Below are positions 25,707 to 28,801 of a DNA stretch of 28,801 nt, in pieces. Under the pieces are notes generated by a model, which was not told where the DNA came from, did not search any database, and saw only the letters and a program-made list of their open reading frames with translations. Position 1 is the stretch's first letter. Each line of letters begins with the position of its first letter. This DNA is from a virus (Duplodnaviria > Caudoviricetes), in the IMG/VR virus record IMGVR_UViG_3300010201_000015, positions 1 to 28,801 of that record. The stretch is one strand, 5' to 3'. Made by a program: the position numbers and the translations under genes.

Positions 25707-26788
25707 GCCTGTACTGTTTTAGTGTCAAGCGTATAAATACGATCAACGTTAGTAACGATAGGCACTACACGAGCTTGAGAAGTTGTAAATTCGGCGAAAG
25801 AAGGTCTTACAGTATGGTATTTTGATACCAATATGTAATCTTCGGCTGTTTGGTAAGAAACATGTTTAGCCGGACGGTTCATTTCAGCAAGACGAGTCCA
25901 AACAACAGAGCCTACCTGATCGTCACAAGTAAATACGATAGTTCCATCTTTCCACGGAGTAACGTTTGTTTTTGTGCCGTCTTTTTCAATCTTGATAGTT
26001 CTGTCTACCTTAGTATAATCGAAGCCCCATAGGTCACGGAATACCTTGTTTGCCTGATCTGTTGTCGGTGCAGGAATAGAAGAACCCACGAATCCTTGAT
26101 TAAACGCAAATTGTTCTTTAAACTGCTTAGAGGCTACAAGCGCATTGAATGTCGCAGTATTTCCATATGCGTGAATAACTTTATGCCCATCATTCAAGGC
26201 TTTAGTCAATACGCGGTTAATGTCATCTACAACAACAGATGTTGCAGGAGTAGACCACAAAACAGAAACGCCGAATTGATTAGCTGTCAGATAACCGTAA
26301 TTCACACGAACACCTGTACCTACATTGTTTGCATTAGTCAAAGCAATACCAGTTGAAAGCCCTTGCAAGAATTGTAGTTCGAGCTGTTCGAAGATACCTT
26401 CTATAACACGAGGAACATCCGCTAATACTTTAGCTACAATTTGAGCTTCCGGCATTTGCTGAGCTATCATAGCGTCAATATCAGACATTTGTTTTTCTGT
26501 CAATTGCAGTTCCATACCCATTTTTGCGATCTCTCCGCTTGCTTTTTCCAAAGCATCACGAGTTTTTAGAGGCAAACTAGAGTCCATCGCTACAACATCA
26601 GCAGCAACACGAGTATATGCGCCTGTAAGAGTAGACCACCTACCATCAACAGAATACTCCTTTCTCAATAGCTGTTTGAAAAGATAAGTCAAAGCCGTTT
26701 GGTTCTTTTCGTTCAGCGTTTCTACGGTTCTTAAAACCAATGCAGGGTAATATTTTTTTACCCAATCTATAAATAATGATTGTTCCAT
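25703..26788 (-). CDS. Major capsid protein (lambda E-like)
   Basis: 361 aa with VAADVVAMDSSLPLKTRD...SGEIAKMG; follows the scaffold and decoration genes. Confidence 0.88.
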   Translation of the reverse strand: MEQSLFIDWVKKYYPALVLRTVETLNEKNQTALTYLFKQLLRKEYSVDGRWSTLTGAYTRVAADVVAMDSSLPLKTRDALEKASGEIAKMGMELQLTEKQMSDIDAMIAQQMPEAQIVAKVLADVPRVIEGIFEQLELQFLQGLSTGIALTNANNVGTGVRVNYGYLTANQFGVSVLWSTPATSVVVDDINRVLTKALNDGHKVIHAYGNTATFNALVASKQFKEQFAFNQGFVGSSIPAPTTDQANKVFRDLWGFDYTKVDRTIKIEKDGTKTNVTPWKDGTIVFTCDDQVGSVVWTRLAEMNRPAKHVSYQTAEDYILVSKYHTVRPSFAEFTTSQARVVPIVTNVDRIYTLDTKTVQA

Positions 26789-26789
26789 A

Positions 26790-27191
26790 TCAGTCTGCTA
26801 AAAATGTTACTAATGGTAAAGCTGTTTTCACAGCCGATAAAATCGCAGTCATAGGGAATGGTGCTGCATTTGGATTTACAGATCCACGAATAAGAATACC
26901 CGCAAAAGGTTTATCTTTTCTGATCGTTGAAATTAGAATACCTGCGATCTCGTGATCGGCTGGTAGTGTCGCATAAGCCGTGCCCCCTGCATTCAAAGGG
27001 AAAGGCTTAAATTCATTTGTTGCCGTTTCTTTGATTATTACATGTCCGGCTGTGATTACATCAAGCGGATAACCTGTAACATCAAGTGTACGACCGCCTC
27101 GAATTTCTTCGAACTTATCACGTATAACTACTGTTTCCTTTCCTACAAATAGTTTTACGTTGTCGTTGTTTGTTAAATCAGCTACTGCCAT
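26790..27191 (-). CDS. Head decoration protein (lambda D-like position)
   Basis: GGRTLDVTG...AGHVII...GILIRGSVN; lies between scaffold and capsid. Confidence 0.7.
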   Translation of the reverse strand: MAVADLTNNDNVKLFVGKETVVIRDKFEEIRGGRTLDVTGYPLDVITAGHVIIKETATNEFKPFPLNAGGTAYATLPADHEIAGILISTIRKDKPFAGILIRGSVNPNAAPFPMTAILSAVKTALPLVTFLAD

Positions 27192-27209
27192 TTTAAATTT
27201 TCTTTTGGG

Positions 27210-27836
27210 TTACAAAATATTTCCCAGAATACCGTCTAACTCTTCTTTTGAAGGTGTTTTGTTCTGGTCAATTGGGAAACCTTTACTTGTTTCAAGCCCT
27301 GCGGTTACAATGTTCTGTTTAACTCCTGAAAGCGTTGTGTTAATAGATGCTTCGTCTGCATCATCAGCAATAATAAAGCCTTCATTGATTCTCCATTCAG
27401 GTATACCGAGTTCTTTTGCTTTGCCGATAATTGTAGCCTGTCTTGCTGCCTGAGATTCTTTAGCTTTGTAAGCGTTCAATTCGTCTTGAATTGGCTTAAC
27501 TTTAGAATCGAAGTAAGCGTTAAACTTAGCGTCTAAATCATCGGCGGGTGGATCTGTTTTACCCTGATTTCCGCCTGCTTTCTTTTCAACGAAGTCATAC
27601 TTTTCTTTAAGTTTGTCCTCTGCTGTTTTGGATGCAGTAGTAATTTCAGTGTCTACGCCAGAACGCCACTCTTTTACGAAGTCAGTAACCTTTGCTTGAT
27701 CTAATTTATCAACGAGTGCCTGAGCTTCTTCTTCGGTTGCCACTTGTAAAGCAAGAGAGCCTGCCAAGTGTGTTAACCCATCTCTTCGCACGCCTGAGAA
27801 TTTGGCTGTCAGTAGTGCTAATAGTTTTTCTTTCAT
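27210..27836 (-). CDS. Capsid scaffolding protein
   Basis: Helical, Ala/Lys/Glu/Asp-rich 208 aa upstream of the decoration and capsid genes. Confidence 0.75.
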   Translation of the reverse strand: MKEKLLALLTAKFSGVRRDGLTHLAGSLALQVATEEEAQALVDKLDQAKVTDFVKEWRSGVDTEITTASKTAEDKLKEKYDFVEKKAGGNQGKTDPPADDLDAKFNAYFDSKVKPIQDELNAYKAKESQAARQATIIGKAKELGIPEWRINEGFIIADDADEASINTTLSGVKQNIVTAGLETSKGFPIDQNKTPSKEELDGILGNIL

Positions 27837-27869
27837 TTTTATTTATTTTCGTTCGTAATCTTTGTAGTA

Positions 27870-27927
27870 TAAAATTACTTAGGAACGAAGCAGATAGGAA
27901 GGAAATTAAAGTCTGTGAATAAACAGT
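27870..27927 (-). promoter_or_regulatory. Candidate phage late promoter, copy C
   Basis: Minus strand ACTGTTTA (27927-27920), N41, GTAATTTTA (27878-27870), upstream of the scaffold ATG. Confidence 0.65.
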
Positions 27928-27937
27928 TTGTGTTTAG

Positions 27938-27967
27938 TTTGCGAGTAGAGTATTTTATATATATTTG
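27938..27967 (+). promoter_or_regulatory. Bacteroidota-type promoter for the 127 aa gene
   Basis: TTTG (27938-27941), N18, TATATTTG (27960-27967). Spacer is one base short of consensus. Confidence 0.6.
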
Positions 27968-27991
27968 TTATCGAAATAATCTATAATTACC

Positions 27992-28375
27992 ATGAAAAAA
28001 CATGTTCTAATAATCTTTATCCTGTCAGCTATTTGCTTAAATGTAAAAGGCCAATACAATAGGAATGATTCGATTTCTAACAATGCAATTTTTAAGATTT
28101 TCCCCACACAAAACATGTGGACTTTTATCAAATTAGACACTAGGAACGGTAGAATGTGGCAAGTTCAATATAGCACGAGTTCGGAGAAACGTTTTGAAAC
28201 TGTACTAAGTAGTAGATATTTAGTCTCTGATGAAAAAGAATTAATCAATAGGTTTACGCTCTATCCAACACAAAATATATATAATTTCCTTTTGTTAGAC
28301 CAAATTGATGGTCGTGTCTGGCAAGTACAATGGGCATTTAAGTATGAGGATAGGATGGTTATACCTATTGAATGA
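27992..28375 (+). CDS. Secreted protein with internal duplication (moron)
   Basis: Signal peptide with probable G20|Q21 cleavage; two copies of FxxxPTQNxxxFxxLDxxxGRxWQVQ. Confidence 0.85.
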   Translation: MKKHVLIIFILSAICLNVKGQYNRNDSISNNAIFKIFPTQNMWTFIKLDTRNGRMWQVQYSTSSEKRFETVLSSRYLVSDEKELINRFTLYPTQNIYNFLLLDQIDGRVWQVQWAFKYEDRMVIPIE

Positions 28376-28504
28376 AATAGATGTAAATGATAAGAAGAGA
28401 AAGACAACCCTAGCTAGAGTGTCAAAATGCCTATTGTGTATATAAAATATTTTACGGATATTTATTGTTGCCGTGAATAAATAACCCTCACGGACTAATA
28501 CTAT

Positions 28505-28801
28505 ATGAATAAAGAACAATTAGAACCTATTAAATTTGAGTCTGGATTAAGTAAGGGCTACAGAATGGTGAGTACTCCACCAATGGCTATATACGTAGAA
28601 AAAGATCAACCTGCTGTTTATAGGGATGTATCTAAAGAAGCATATATCTTTAATCAAGAAGTTGATTTGTCTGGAGATACAATCTTTGATTTTGGAATAC
28701 TCAACAAAGATTACCTAAACAAAATAGGTATTGACAACATCAATGATTTACAAAAATATATAGATGAATATTCAATACACTACCGCATTGAAAAGATATA
28801 A
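28505..28801 (+). CDS. Hypothetical protein (98 aa, complete)
   Basis: ATG at 28505 to TAA at 28799-28801; no recognisable motif. Confidence 0.6.
   Translation: MNKEQLEPIKFESGLSKGYRMVSTPPMAIYVEKDQPAVYRDVSKEAYIFNQEVDLSGDTIFDFGILNKDYLNKIGIDNINDLQKYIDEYSIHYRIEKI

Larger units (their letters stand above)
1..28801. mobile_element. Part of a temperate siphovirus-like phage/prophage of a Bacteroidota host (integrase through head module; portal, terminase, replication genes and att sites not in window)
   Basis: Integrase plus co-oriented capsid, tail, tape measure and lysis genes. No tail sheath gene recognised. Confidence 0.95.

Noticed and set aside
1-28801. CRISPR array, tRNA, IS element, att site or stop-codon reassignment
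   Set aside because: None visible. ORFs tile densely in the standard code with TAA, TGA and TAG all used as stops.

Overview
AT-rich window from a temperate, long non-contractile-tailed (siphovirus-like) phage or prophage of a Bacteroidota host. The host call rests on TAnnTTTG promoter boxes, Bacteroidota-type lipoprotein signals and an integrase lacking the first catalytic Arg; the genus cannot be determined. Most genes are on the minus strand. Reading right to left: scaffold, head decoration, major capsid, head-tail joining genes, major tail, tail assembly chaperone pair with a probable -1 frameshift, tape measure and tail hub. A plus-strand accessory island follows (small ORFs, a 189 aa hypothetical, a P63C-like protein, two lipoproteins). 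Then come an HExxH protein, a Dit-like protein, two tail-tip/receptor-binding genes, and a lysis module (membrane protein, holin, GH108 endolysin, embedded DNA methyltransferase, unimolecular spanin). After the lysis terminator is a separately promoted, tightly coupled six-gene cassette: ADP-ribosyltransferase-like, small hypothetical, SNF2 helicase, IbrA-like PAPS reductase, IbrB-like ParB/Srx, small HTH-like. It converges on a tyrosine integrase. The two most notable observations are this cassette, a candidate DNA-modification or defence system, and a bipartite motif ACTRTTTA-N41-GTAnnTTTA found three times with identical spacing ahead of late genes, a candidate phage late promoter. All protein assignments come from recognising motifs by eye; no database searches were run.
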